Assembly: GCF_002571385.2 (NCBI RefSeq)
Contig: NW_019217908.1
Span: 444,803-508,802, forward strand
Source of the DNA: Stylophora pistillata
Lineage: Eukaryota
Length of the DNA stretch: 64,000 nucleotides
Direction: 5' to 3'
Below the pieces are notes generated by a model. The model saw nothing but the letters and a program-made list of their open reading frames with translations. It did not search any database and was not told the origin of the DNA. Of the stretch, positions 22,026-35,445 are shown piece by piece (position 1 is the first letter of the stretch; each line of letters starts with the position of its first letter). Both the position numbers and the translations under genes were made by a program.

Positions 22026-23895
22026 NNNNNNNNNNNNNNNNNNNNNNNNNNNNNNNNNNNNNNNNNNNNNNNNNNNNNNNNNNNNNNNNNNNNNNNNNNN
22101 NNNNNNNNNNNNNNNNNNNNNNNNNNNNNNNNNNNNNNNNNNNNNNNNNNNNNNNNNNNNNNNNNNNNNNNNNNNNNNNNNNNNNNNNNNNNNNNNNNNN
22201 NNNNNNNNNNNNNNNNNNNNNNNNNNNNNNNNNNNNNNNNNNNNNNNNNNNNNNNNNNNNNNNNNNNNNNNNNNNNNNNNNNNNNNNNNNNNNNNNNNNN
22301 NNNNNNNNNNNNNNNNNNNNNNNNNNNNNNNNNNNNNNNNNNNNNNNNNNNNNNNNNNNNNNNNNNNNNNNNNNNNNNNNNNNNNNNNNNNNNNNNNNNN
22401 NNNNNNNNNNNNNNNNNNNNNNNNNNNNNNNNNNNNNNNNNNNNNNNNNNNNNNNNNNNNNNNNNNNNNNNNNNNNNNNNNNNNNNNNNNNNNNNNNNNN
22501 NNNNNNNNNNNNNNNNNNNNNNNNNNNNNNNNNNNNNNNNNNNNNNNNNNNNNNNNNNNNNNNNNNNNNNNNNNNNNNNNNNNNNNNNNNNNNNNNNNNN
22601 NNNNNNNNNNNNNNNNNNNNNNNNNNNNNNNNNNNNNNNNNNNNNNNNNNNNNNNNNNNNNNNNNNNNNNNNNNNNNNNNNNNNNNNNNNNNNNNNNNNN
22701 NNNNNNNNNNNNNNNNNNNNNNNNNNNNNNNNNNNNNNNNNNNNNNNNNNNNNNNNNNNNNNNNNNNNNNNNNNNNNNNGTATAACCCTTACTTCATCAA
22801 AAAAAAAAAAAAAGAAAAAAAGATAAGTACATTTTCACTGTTAAGCTCTGATTTAACCCACCACAAGAAAAAACGATCAGACCTTGTGTTCAACTTGGTA
22901 TTTCAAAAGTGACTCTTACTTGCAAGACAAGAGGTTTGAAGCTTCACTAAACGAGATCTAAATCTTATGATCAGTTGAGATGACAATAAATCTAGAAAAT
23001 AAAACGTAACCCATTGTTATTTATTGCTGTAGCTATTCTCTCAGATGAACTGAAAACTTTTAAGTATTATCTAAACAAGTCTGTTCATGAGAAAGAAACG
23101 TCGTCTTGCAGCAGTTGGCCTTTTGACTGTATTTCAATTAGCTGACATGGTACGTTTTGATTGGTTCATTTGAGATCATTTATTCACCTGCCAATCTGTG
23201 TTTACCACCAATAACTAAATTACTTAGAAAATAATTACCCAGTTGTAATATTTCATTCGAAAGATCTTCATATCATTTCTTCCTAATGTCTGCCATATTT
23301 TCTTATTATCATAGCTCTGAGGACTTGAGGTTAAATGAAACAAACTGCTACATGTAAAGCTGTTCACCCCAACAAGCACATATGACCCATACAATGATAA
23401 AGTCATTTGTTTCTACATCTGTGTCGTGGCAGTATTTCTAAATTTATGTTGCCCCATCAGACCTGATTAACTGGTCATATTTAGACAGAAGAGGGTTTAT
23501 CATTGTGAAAAAAGGGAAGAGATTGGGGTGTAAAAATGACCAAGGAACACTCAAATTGTTTCTTGCTTTTATCATCAAAAGTTAACTCTTTGTAATGCAA
23601 GAAAATTTGGTTTTATCAACTGAGTTGATGAATGTAAATTGGCCACTGTAAAGGGATTAATGAGTTTCTTAAGCTGATGTTTGGAGCATTTGACCTTTGT
23701 TGGAGAAATCCCCCCCCCCCTCAAATAAGGTAGCACCACAGATTCTTAAGAAACTTATCCCCTTTTCCTTTATAGACTATGCGCTATGCGTATTTCTTGA
23801 AAACATTTCTATACCTTCAGATAACACATTATTTTGGCTCTAATGTATTCAAAGGACAAAGTATCAGATTGTTCTCCATTGTATTCTCCTTTCAG

Positions 23896-24965
23896 CCTAT
23901 AAACCCCTTACTAACCCAAAGCATAAACCCTCAAGTGATGGATGTGGCTCCATGGGAATAAAGGTATGGTTTAAATAAAATAAAAATGAAAATTTGTGGA
24001 GGTGCTGTGGCCTCATGGTTGTGCACTCCACTCCAGATTAAAGGGTCCAGGTTTGAGCCCTGGTTGGGGTCCTTGTGTTGTGTGCTTGGGCAATACACTT
24101 CACCCTCAAAGTGCCTCTCTTCACCCAGGTGTTTAAATGGGTACCGGTGAATTTTATGCTAGGGGGTAACCTTTTGATGGACTTTCTGTACTCCATGTTC
24201 CTTCATGCTAGGGAAACCAGAGATAAGTCCTCACCTAATAGGGCCACATGGCTTGTATACAGACCTAACCTTTACATTGTAGAAAGAAAAGTATGGATTC
24301 AGATTCTCTGAGCAGAAGTTTGGCTTGGTAAGCACCATAATCAGTGAGACATCCATTTATAGGTGTGCCACAAACAGGACTGTTAAGACTGCTGGGTAGA
24401 GAGGCATTGAAAACACAGAGTGTCTTCACCACGAATACAACACAGTCATAATAACAAGAGAATAACTATACTCTTTTCTCAAGCATTTCCTTTAATTAAA
24501 TTGAAAAACACCTTTTTACAGATTTAAGCAACCATATTTGTGACAATAATGTTTCAACTTATAGAAACGACAGTGATCTTTATTTTTACATGAATGTTGT
24601 TCTCTTAATGTCCCTATTAAGATTTCCTCATTCTATTTCAGCTTGACACTTCCAATTTTGCTGGTTTTACAAAATGCTGTGATCTCCATGACATCTGCTA
24701 CGACACGTGCAACAATGATCGCACCCAATGCTATGATGACTTTAAATCCTGTTTAGACAACGAGTGTCTTTTAACAGGTCTGGGGAATAGACTACCAAAG
24801 GAGCAGTTGGATGCATGCCAGACATCGGCAGATCTAATGTACTCAGGAACACTTGCTTTGGGATGTGCATCCTATAAAGAAGCCCAGCGCAATGCTTGTC
24901 TTTGCAATGGAAGGACCATAACTAAAAAAGAAATGGAAGAGTTGGAGAGAAATGAGGAATTATGA
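23896..24965 (+). CDS. Group XII secretory phospholipase A2 (last two exons; first exon probably in gap)
   Basis: Exons 23896-23963 (YKPLTNPKHKPSSDGCGSMGIK) and 24642-24965 (FTKCCDLHDICYDTC...ACQTSADLMYSGTLALGCASYKEAQRNACLC...NEEL*); AATAAA near 25020. Confidence 0.92.
23999..24272 (+). mobile_element. tRNA-derived SINE, diverged
   Basis: A/B-box-like head (GTGGCCTCATGG...GGTTTGAGCCC), then TTGGGCAATACACTT and CACCCAGGTGTTTAAATGGGTACC core; partial relative near 14670-14760. Confidence 0.7.
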
Positions 24966-25347
24966 TCTTCAAAGGGCAGTGTATCTGTTTTCAGATTTAG
25001 GTGTTAAATAATTATTTCAAATAAAATTTTATGACAAAAGTTGTTTAATTGGTCTTAAATATTGTTTTAAATATATAAAGTAGTTAATTTGTCAGAGGAA
25101 GATCAAAAATGAGATGGAGGATTATTTTAGAGAATATTTTCTTAGAAAAAGCTGAGGAAATGTGTTTAACAGAAATTTCATAGCGATAAAAAAAAACCCT
25201 AGAGGGGTTTGGCCATACATGTATAAGATACAAAAGGATATTTTTTTTAACAATAAGAAACTGGTTTTATCTGTCACTGTCATGCCTTAAATCAACTTAT
25301 GTAAGTTATAAATTTCAATGAGTGTTAAGAGGCCAAAATGGACAAAA

Positions 25348-28300
25348 TTATGTCTTACCAGTGATGTGCAATGTCCTAATCAATCCTTCTTTTTGATACT
25401 NNNNNNNNNNNNNNNNNGATTGTCCTTCTCTTTGAATTCTCATAAACTCTTCTCCCTTGAGTTGCAACAGATTCTTTAAGTCTTGCACTGGATGTTGACT
25501 CTCACTGGGAGTCTTTGGAATACCAAGGAGACGGCGAACGACAGGGAATTTAAATGTTATATTCTGAGCCAGCCCAAAGAAAGCAGAAACTGCCCAGTAA
25601 AGCCACATTGCCTGCCAAAAAAGAATGTACCGTGAAATTTGAACCACTAGCACAGAGACATGGTTTCCTAGCCAAATGTGGCAAGAAAGGAATTCCTCTA
25701 TTGAATGGGGGACTGGGTTTGGGTTAGGATATCAAATATCACACTTAGTCATATGACTCAGTTGTTTTACATAAACTATTTGTTCTTTGCTGATCACTTC
25801 GGTCATGTGCAAGAGAATAAGCTGGGAAAGAAGGAGAGTCCCTATTTATCATAGACAGAGGTTTTGTTTTCTTGGGACTACAAAACACTGTGTAAGGAAA
25901 CTTACCGATGGAACTTGAGCTGCAACAAAGATCATACCCACCGATACCAGTCTTAATGTGTTTGTTAACATCCGCTGAAATCTGGTTGCATTGTGTCGTC
26001 GCAGGGCATGAAGCTGGTGATCAGAGAGTAAAAATTCAACAGAAGGGTTATATACAGTCACACTTGTCTAGTTGTTATCAACTCAGAGAACATCTATCCT
26101 ATTAACCAAGCGCAAGGGCCGTACTGGGAGAATATCGGCCCGAGGTCTTCACAGTACGGACCGACCGAGTGCAGCAAGATCCATACAAAAAAGACCGAGG
26201 GCTGATATTCTTCCAGTACGGTCCTGAGCAAGCTTGGTTAATAAGAGATTTATTATACGACTGAAGTTGAAAGGGACACAAGTGTGGTATCATTTGGGAC
26301 CATTCAGGACAGTGCCGAGTCCAATACTTAGAGAATATTGGATCTGCAATAAAGCATTTTGATTGGTTGATTTTAGTTATTGGCCCTCTGACCGCCCGAG
26401 TCATGTAATAAAGTGATGTACTGCCTTCTGTTAAAGAAAATAAACTACTAACAACAATAGATAACTTACACCTGACTTACAAAGGCTGTATGGGTGTACC
26501 AAAGCAATAACAATTTACATTAAAAGGGGTAAGTCTCTGAAGAAACTGTGGTGCAGTGCTGAGTATAACAAGGAAATTTTGGTTTTATCAGCTGAGTTCA
26601 CAAATGTAAACTGGCCACTGTAAAGAGTTTAAAGTCAAAGTTTTGAGTGTTGGCCCTTGGCCAGAGCGAATGACCAAAATAACAATTTACAATATCTTAT
26701 CATGAATCATAATTGTATCAATTGTTAGTCTGAATTTGCAAAAAAAAATGAGTGAAATTAAAATATGAAAAACAGAAATAAGTTGTTGAAAGCAAGGTGG
26801 CTCTGTTAACAATGTTTATACATGAATTCAAAAAAACAAAAATTATTCCATAATCAAATTCCATTAATTTGAACTAACACTATGAAAACTGTGTACCAAA
26901 ATTTTAATGATTATCTAAAAGTGTATGAAAGCTAACATTCAGATAGCAACTATTCCATGGCTGTATTGTCAAATGTGTTTTTCATTTCTTGAGCTTTTGG
27001 AGGCAACTGAAATCATTTGCAATCATACACTGTAGAACAGAACTGTTGTTGCACAATGCACTCATCTCACTGCAAATTCTATAACTTTTTTGAAATGATA
27101 TAGTATTTGAACATCTATCCATTAGACACCACTGACTTTCATGAAACTCAATTGTGCTGCAAAGCAGACCAAACAGAAAAAGTACTAGTATTGGGTAACC
27201 TACAAAATTCTAAAAATCTAGCCTACAAAAAAGTAACGGTATAGGATTGCTTATGTCCCTGATGCAACCCAGTTTCATCAAGGATTTTATTTTGCCATTT
27301 GCCACTAGCTTTCTAAACTAGTTGATTGTGCTTTAACATTTTCCCTTATGAAAACTGAGGTTTCAGAGTCTGTCAACAACATAAAAAATCACCTGATCAA
27401 CAGGTGGCCAACTATCACCTGTTCTCTTGTCAGTTTTATTTTGGTACCAGCCAATTAAACATTCCATCTACACAAAAAATATATCAATGTAAACTTCACT
27501 TTCCTTCACATTCAAAGCTTATTTGCCTTAAATTTAAAGATAACTGAATGCAAAGACAGCTCTGATAATTTTAGAAACTTACTTTTGCTTCTTAGAAAGC
27601 ATAAAATTTAAACTTTCCTCTCCGAAAAAACTACCACACCCAAACTCCACCCAAGATGTCAAGCCATTAGGCAGATATGTAAACAGTAAAACTTGGTTTA
27701 ACCAAGAAATGAAGTAAACAATGGGCAGGGCAGGGCCCTGAATGCTATACCACCCCTATAAAAAGCCAGGGTGCTTATACAACAAGACACTTAGAATGTA
27801 CGTTTGACTCTGTGGTGAGAAAGGCTGTGGACGGGGTAGCTTCAAAATACAGTTTAAAAAGATTCCTGATTTTGGGTAAGTCAAATGAGAATTTTTGTCA
27901 ATTTGAATCAGTAATTTATGAGTTAAGATAATACCTGCCCTCTTTGATGTGAGGGCAAAACAGGCAACATACACAAACTGAGGTAAAGTCAAAGTGCTTC
28001 ATAATTGGCTACCCATAGGATGAAAAACATGAAAAGAAAAAATATATGCGGTGAACTTTATCGCTGACATTCTTATCTGTAACTATAGGATAGCAATAAA
28101 ATAACATATGATTATCAATTAATTTTGATCATGGAATTCCATTTGTCATATCAGAATCAAGGCAGTGTGATTAACACACTACCTCCAAAAAAACTCCAAA
28201 ATCTATGGCTTTATTCAACAAGCTACTAACAGGTGAAGCACATACAACAGTGTACTAAAATGTGCAAGATTGTATTTATATCTACAATGCTTATAATACA

Positions 28301-30655
28301 ATATGTAATTGTGTCGTCAACACATTCTGAATGGTGCTAAAACTGTTGAAACTTTTTTCATTTTATCAACAAGAATTGAATAAGAAACTTTCTGCACTTT
28401 CTAAACATTTGGGACTATGGTAAAGGTAATTTTAACATGAGGTATTAGCTTGAATTAAAATCCATTTGTGAATAACTTCCTTACATGCCATCTGATGATT
28501 CCTTTTAATCAGTAAGACTTACATTCAACATCAATGACTGTAAACTATGAGAAAAACTCTTGAGCCGCAAATGTGAGTATTTTTAATCAAGCACAATCAT
28601 ATATTATGTGAATCAAATTACTCACTTCAATATTAGCAAGATTAAAAATACCAACGGCACAAGGTATGATCAGGGTTGGGTCTGCTGCAGTGAGATCTGG
28701 AAACCACAGTACTCCTTCATAAGTGATCTCTGGACAAGGAAGAATAACCTCACCTGAAGTGAAACGAATAAACTGCGAAGTGGAGTAAAAAGACTATACA
28801 ACTAGTACAATTTTATAACTTTTATTTACTAAAAGCATTGGGTGAATGGTAGTGGATATTTACTGAGCTGTAAAACAGGCTGGTAAATGTCTACTGCTTT
28901 CACTGGTCAGAAATTAAATGACTGTGCAACTTTGTCTCTTTGACTGCTTGGTACTACCTTATCACTTCCAAACTAGACAAACAGCTCATGCAAAATTCAC
29001 TTTTCACATGCCTGTATGGCACATGTTATTAAGAAAAAAAATGAAGTAAATGAATGTGTATTATAAAGTTACAACTTTACGTCGCCAACCCTTGATGACT
29101 GATATACATGTCTAGAGTTGTGTCTTACAACAAGGGCACATTTAATTCTAAGTGCTTTGTTTAATGCAAATTAAAAGTAAGTTAGCTAATTGATGTGACT
29201 GTGTAATTATAGTGTGAAGTAACTCATGATTAGACCTGAATTTTAGTCTATTCTAATATTTATCAAATTAATCTATAGATTCTTGAATTTCTTGAACTGG
29301 TTATGGCTGCAGCTCCCAGCTTTCCAACTTACAAATGGTGGGAAACAGATGACAAGACCAAAAGGCTTTACACAGAGCTACTTGCAGAAAAGCTGTCAAG
29401 CCCACGCAAATCAGGTTCCACTAATCTTAGTAGAAAGCCCTCCAATGGGAAAGATACAAAGTCACAGTTAACATCATCTCCTAAACACGATATCCCCAAA
29501 GTAAATTTTAGCTGTGGTGAGAGAAATTCCAGAAAAAGTAAGGAAGAAAAAGGTGAAAGAGAAGACAAGAGTGGAAAGTACACTTTTGAGACCATCACCA
29601 TAGACACACTTGCAAAGTATGAGTACATCAAAAGTCCAAGAAAGCGAGCTGCTAGCACTGTACCTGTGAGTTTCTTTGAGTCAACTGAGAAGCCAGACAG
29701 CAAAGAAGTCATAAAAGCTGCTACAAGTGGTTACAAGGATAACAAAGAAGTTATCGAAAAACTGTTGCCGACATCTAAAGAATCCAAGGAAGATAAACCT
29801 ACTCAATTCTCAAATGGACAATTTCTTATTTCACAGAAGTTTGCATCCACAAAAAATGAATTGCAAGGACTGAAGAATGAAAGTGACGAGAAGGATGCCT
29901 CCAAAAATGGACCTCTAATGAAGAAGGATAAACCTTCACAGGCAAAACTAGTGGAAATCCCTGAATACACCTCCTCTGAATCTAGTGAGAGCTCAGCAGA
30001 TGAAACAGTGCTTTTAGGAGCAAGTAATGCAAAGAAAACAGTGACACCTCTGAAGTCCAAAGAACCACAAGACAACAAGAAAACTGGTGAAGTAGACAAA
30101 CCTTTGAAGATTGAGGAGCTCAGCACAAAGTTTCAGTTTTTAAGTGAGGAAGTTGCTCAACTAGAGTTTAAAATGTTTGAGTTCTCTGATGATATCAAGA
30201 AGTTGAAACAAGCAATGGGATTCAAAGATACCAAACCTGAAAATTATGAAAAGGAAAAAACCAGCACCAAACAGCCAACTGTTGTAAAGACAAATGAGTT
30301 TGGAATAACACGCTCAAAAAGTTTCACACATGCTGATAAGTTCAACAGCAAGGCCCTGTTAATGAAACAGAATGCTTCACCAAGCAAGATGCTGGCAGCC
30401 AAAACAGGAGGGCTTCTTTCAGAAAAATTACCATTGGAGGGTACAAGCAAAGAAGATGCCATGGCTGAGTTGAAGAAGAATGGAGCCTTGACTGAAATCA
30501 TCAACAAAATAAAGGAGCAAGAATTCAGTGAAGATGAAATTCAGGAAATATTGAGATGTGCAAAAGACAAATATGTGAATAAGCCACAGTGGAAGAACTG
30601 AAGAAAAAGGCAAGAATAAGGCTACACTTACAAGAAAAAATTGGCAATGCCCTTT

Positions 30656-30696
<41 letters not shown>

Positions 30697-33600
30697 TTGT
30701 ATTTATACAGCGCTCATATCTTGAACTCATGGCGCTTTACAACACAGTACAGGGGACTTTACCAGACTGCTAAGCAGTTTACAATCAAATGAAAGCGAAA
30801 ATAAAAGATGCCCCCTCCCCCCACTGATTCCCAGTAACCAGGCCAGACCACATCACAGTAATCTCGTGAAGTGGGTTCTTTAACGTCCCCTGCCTAACCA
30901 AATTAACTAATTAATAGATGCAGGAGACGGGACCTCTATTTATTCGTCCCTATCCGAGAAGACTAGAATATCTAACCATTTCTTGATCAATGTTGTAGAA
31001 AGGTAGCATATTCTTCTCAATTATTTTAAGACCCTGAGTGTTGGTCCAGCTGGGGCTCGAACCCTCGACCTCCCGCACAACAGTCCGGGAGACTACGAGA
31101 AACAACAAAATTTTATCTGTGAGTAGGTAAAATATGCTTTCTCAAACATTTTCATCAATACGATGTTAGCTCTTATCTTAAAGAGATAAGAAAGGTGTAA
31201 AGTCAAAAGAGTAAATAATCTGGATGATGAACATATTAAACGTAGAGGACAAACAAAACAACCAACACATGTGGAGAGGCATCAGCTTCAACTCTTGTCA
31301 AAAGGAGAAAAAAGTAAATAATTTTACAAGCCACTTGTGAAGAGAGACATATAAAGAAGTAAATTATCTGTCAGGAGTAAAAAATATAGAAGAGAAATCA
31401 AGGAAGTAGATGAATACTGTCGTGAAAAATGCAACAAGAAAAAAAAGTACGTCATTACACAAAATTGGTGAGAAACAGGTAAGGACTGCAAAGAAATCAA
31501 TCAAACTTATCCAGACTAATGGAAGATCACATGACAATGTAAAACTGGAACTTTGGTAGCAGGATTGGAATAAAAAGAGAGAAACTAGTAAAAGATTAAA
31601 CTGAATGTGGGAGCATACAAAAAAAGTCATATAAAAAGTCTGCAGTGTAACAGTAATGGTTTAAAAAAATAGTTTTACCATTTTCAGAATGATTATTCAT
31701 TTTTTGCAGTTTTCATAAGGATGGTCAAACAATTGCACATTTTAAAAGAATATAGGTCTTAGGTAACACATACAAGTCACAGCCTGAAAGGCCAAATACT
31801 CTAACTCTTACCTAATGAATGTTTTTCTTGTTTGTTTTTTTCATTACCCCCTCCAGTTAAAGAGTTTTTAGGTGTTATTTAGCAGCAATTATAGCCTAAG
31901 GGTAATTTCTATGAAGAAACTGATATATTCAATTTCAAAATAACCACTGCATGGTTTCTAGACAATTTTCAACTTAACACCCAGACAACTTCATCCCCGT
32001 TAGACTATTTATAATCAGTTGTCACAATTTACTTGTTTTGTAATATACAGTAATGTTGAAGCTAATTATTTTTACTTAAAAGATCACACAATGTTCTCAA
32101 ACCTTATTTTCACATTAGTGTCATGTGATGTCTGCTAGCTAAATTACATCCTGCTGTATTGTATTTTTCATTAGTTTTCATATAATAAGTTTTATAAAGG
32201 AATATTTTTATCTTGTATTTTGTAGTTAAAATAAGAAACAGATTACAATGAAAGAAAATCACCAGAATGAGCGTAACAGTTGTTATCGGGTTCAGAACCT
32301 ATTAGTGAATTACTTAAAATACCAACGAGGTTAATATCCACTATTTAACTTTGGTAACATTGGGATACATACTAGCAATTTTTTAAGCATCTACCACACA
32401 CTATAGCTAGCACACCAAAAAAAAAAAAAAACATTTTTGGAAAATGCTCTACTATTTCAAAATCTCTCCCACAGCAAAAGGCATGTTGAAGCTCAAAGAA
32501 CAGAAAGTTTCATCAAGCTTTGTTGCAAACAAATAAAACTATTAAAAGGCTCTTGTTTGGTTTTAAATGTCTGCTGAGGCTTCAACAGCCACTCCCCTTC
32601 CCTGTAAGAATTTGAACTTCTGAAGATCAGTTTGTTCAGGCTCCTGCTCTTTGGGACCAAAATAGTGTTGAAATGTCCCACCCAAGTGCTGGAAAACTGA
32701 TGATCACTTTCTTTGTGTTTAACACAGGATAAGTGCTAATGACTTTTCTGTAGACCTTTTCTTCTGAGCCATCTGCTTACAAGAGGAAAGTGAGCTCTTT
32801 ATCTTGTTCTGCAGAAAAGACTTGACAGTTCCAATTCAGACACCCCCCCCCCCGACACTTCAAATTGATTTCTGTGCATTAATGAAAAATTTGCTTGTTA
32901 GCTATACCTGCATTCCTTTGCCAAGGAAAGAAACCAGCCAAATTTCTAAGTGACAAGGAAAGAAAGAACCATAGTGGAAGCTGAGTCCATGGCAATATAG
33001 AGAGCTTCAATGGGCTGAGACCTTCAGACTTGTAAAACTCAGAGATCATCTTTCTACTCTAAAAGATTGTTCCTATACAAGAAAAACCGAATATTAACTC
33101 ATCATATATTATTCACTATTAACATTAGAACCTGTTAAAAGCTTAATGTACATAGATTATGCTTACATATAGCTACCAGGTGATCATGGCATAAGCTCTT
33201 ATAGAGGAATGCAAAAGCTGTAGTCCATAAAAGATTACCACCAACATTGCCTTTTTCTGGATAAGATAACTTAAGGGTGTATTTTGATATTGAAACTCAT
33301 ACTAGGGAAAGAGGCTAGAGAATCTAATCAACTGATACTAAACTTCAGGAGAAGCCCCACTATCTCACCCTTACACATTTTTCTGTTTTAGTGAAGGTAT
33401 ACCCATGTTGAATACAGTTAGTCTCAAACACCTTTCATTCTTAGGAACATCAATCATGCAATTATGCCACTAAAGAAACAAACTATCATCCTCCTTCAAA
33501 ATCTTTTATTGACCCAAGAAGACTAGTGGTTAAATATTCTAAAAGAGCTTGAATGAAAGGTAGTAAGAGTAAGGGAAGAGCAATTTACAACAATTCTTTG

Positions 33601-34694
33601 ACAGATAAATAGCAATCAAATTTCTCAAAGTATTGTTACAATAAAATTTTTGTCATGCACTGTCGTCCACACAGACAAGTAAAAAGTATTTCAGAGAGAT
33701 TAGTCAAAAGTATTCCTGATATAAATTTTTTTCCCAGATGTGAACAATTTTAAGAGAAGTACATGAAAAAATGTTTGTGAGATTCAACAGCTACAGGCAG
33801 AGTTACTGGAACAAATAGTGGCATCATCCTTCCCAGAAATTAATAGCATTAAAAAACAAAAAAATCCACAAAATTTCTAACAAGATACCCACTCTTCTTG
33901 AATATTGTCTCTCCGCTTCTTCAGGAGGTACATTTGATCTGCGACATTCTCCAACTACTCTGTGTTTGAGAGCCTCAGTCATCATACTAATCGTTGGTTG
34001 ACGCAGTTCAATTTCAGCAAGAAGTTTGTTCTGATAAATCGCTAAAGGAACAGTGACTATACTTCTTAAAGCAATTGTGGACCCAACAATCACTGCCCAC
34101 CTTGGAAAAAACAAGATACTACAAATTACTGATAATGGCTATTGTGGGATACAAAAGTATGACTGTATCAATAGGTTTTACAAAGAACGTAAGAAGTTGG
34201 CCAATTTAAGAGTAGGTTGAAGGAAAGCCAACACAATCTAGGATGCCTTTTGACACTCACTCAGTTGTAATGTGGGGGAGTTACGGTTCTGTACGAAGTA
34301 GCTCATATAAACTGAATCAAATTGTATACTAATAATAGTAATAATAATAGTCGTAAAATGAGCAGACCAGAATATTTCAATTTATTTAGAGACAGAGCTG
34401 CCTAACATGAAGTGAATTTGCTCTAAAGCCTGAATAGGAAATACGGTCAACACATGAAAATATTTTCATCACGAACCATGGAAGATGAGTCCAAGAATGG
34501 ACTGTCTCCAGGAATACTTGAAGTGCATACACGGGAGGAAGATCGGGAGAAAACAAGAAATAAGACGACGGTGCTTCACTGCTGCTATGCCTCTTGTCTT
34601 GAGGAGTGTAAAATAAAGGTGTAGTGGCAAAATTTGGATGAAAGAGTACTCTTGCGGGACTCAATGTCTGTCGAAGAAATTGTAAATATTTCAT
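25348..34694 (-). CDS. COX18: Cytochrome c oxidase assembly protein COX18 (Oxa1/YidC family)
   Basis: Exons 34694-34477, 34100-33893, 33058-32908, 28753-28626, 26013-25906, 25611-~25348 (stop uncertain, small gap). Motifs: HSWTHLPWWAVIVGSTIALR, PWTQLPLWFFLSLSLRNL, EGVLWFPDLTAADPTLIIP, QVPSAMWLYWAVSAFFGLAQN, RRLLGIPKTPSES; basic N-terminal presequence. Confidence 0.93.
26097..26243. repeat. Palindromic MITE-like repeat
   Basis: TTATTAACCAAGC...CCGTACTGGGAGAATATCGGCC mirrored by GGCTGATATTCTTCCAGTACGG...GCTTGGTTAATAA. Confidence 0.7.
29303..30601 (+). CDS. Uncharacterised 432-aa Lys/Glu/Ser-rich protein nested antisense in COX18 intron 3
   Basis: 1.3-kb uninterrupted ORF in AT-rich DNA; heptad-like segment IEELSTKFQFLSEEVAQLEFKMFEFSDDIKKLKQ; no family recognised. 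Confidence 0.75.
   Translation: MAAAPSFPTYKWWETDDKTKRLYTELLAEKLSSPRKSGSTNLSRKPSNGKDTKSQLTSSPKHDIPKVNFSCGERNSRKSKEEKGEREDKSGKYTFETITIDTLAKYEYIKSPRKRAASTVPVSFFESTEKPDSKEVIKAATSGYKDNKEVIEKLLPTSKESKEDKPTQFSNGQFLISQKFASTKNELQGLKNESDEKDASKNGPLMKKDKPSQAKLVEIPEYTSSESSESSADETVLLGASNAKKTVTPLKSKEPQDNKKTGEVDKPLKIEELSTKFQFLSEEVAQLEFKMFEFSDDIKKLKQAMGFKDTKPENYEKEKTSTKQPTVVKTNEFGITRSKSFTHADKFNSKALLMKQNASPSKMLAAKTGGLLSEKLPLEGTSKEDAMAELKKNGALTEIINKIKEQEFSEDEIQEILRCAKDKYVNKPQWKN
30657..31090 (-). mobile_element. tRNA-derived SINE with LINE-like 3' end and (ATT)n tail
   Basis: Minus strand: B-box GGTTCGAGCCCC near 31050-31065; 3' TGTAAAGCGCC...GCGCTGTATAAAT followed by about 13 ATT units. Confidence 0.75.
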
Positions 34695-34857
34695 TGTAAA
34701 AACAGCTAAGTTTACCGAATGTAAATCTAAACAACAGAAGAACTTACTGGGTAGTTTAAACGTTTCGTCAATAGCCGTAAAGCACTCATATTGAATTGAT
34801 CAGCTGCTTTTTAAGGTCTTCCTGGGGTATTTTACTTTGACTGCTACCACTAAATTT

Positions 34858-34869
34858 GCCGCCATGTTG
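34858..34869 (-). promoter_or_regulatory. YY1-like motif upstream of COX18
   Basis: AACATGGCGGC about 170 bp upstream of the COX18 ATG. Confidence 0.45.
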
Positions 34870-35445
34870 TACAGCGCATGGTAATGCAGGCGCGCATTTT
34901 CGTCTCCAGGCTTATTCGTTTTACTCAAAATTATCTGGGTTATGGGGTGGTACGTGGTCTGAGTCCGGTGCATTCAGCTCAACTGGTGAGCAAAAATGCT
35001 CGGCTGAGTGCTTTAAAATTCTAGACTTGGTCAAAACTTCCAATTGCCTTGAATCAAAGGAAGCATTGTAGATCGGCCGCTTGGAACCAGAGATGAATGC
35101 ACATATGTAACACAACTACATATAACTATATTTACTGAGATAAAAATGAATATTTTGACACATCGTTTTAAAAAAACTGATTTTTTTTTGCCTCCTCGTA
35201 GCTCTCTAAAGTTTAAAGAGTAATACATACTCCAAGCCAAAGATCAAACAAAACGAATCAAGCATCTTGAAACAGTTTTGCCCATTAGAGTCCCAGCTTT
35301 TAAAATATGTATGTTTATCCCTAATCACCTCTTTCATTTACTCGGTGACCGAGCTTAATCTTGTTTATTTTTTTATTTTTTTGTTATAACGTGATCAAAT
35401 TTTCATTTGAAAGCAGACTTGGTTAAGACTGATACGGTTTAGGTA

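Noticed and set aside
22018-22912. Long poly-X ORFs here and at 38860-39256, 40457-41164, 44505-45142, 47631-48179
   Set aside because: Assembly gaps.
29368-30613. Minus-strand ORFs opposite the nested gene, and plus-strand ORFs opposite the GPCRs
   Set aside because: Antisense shadows of real coding sequence.
34800-34866. Upstream ATG (MAANLVV...) as the COX18 start
   Set aside because: Stops after 21 codons; the ATG is part of a YY1-like motif.
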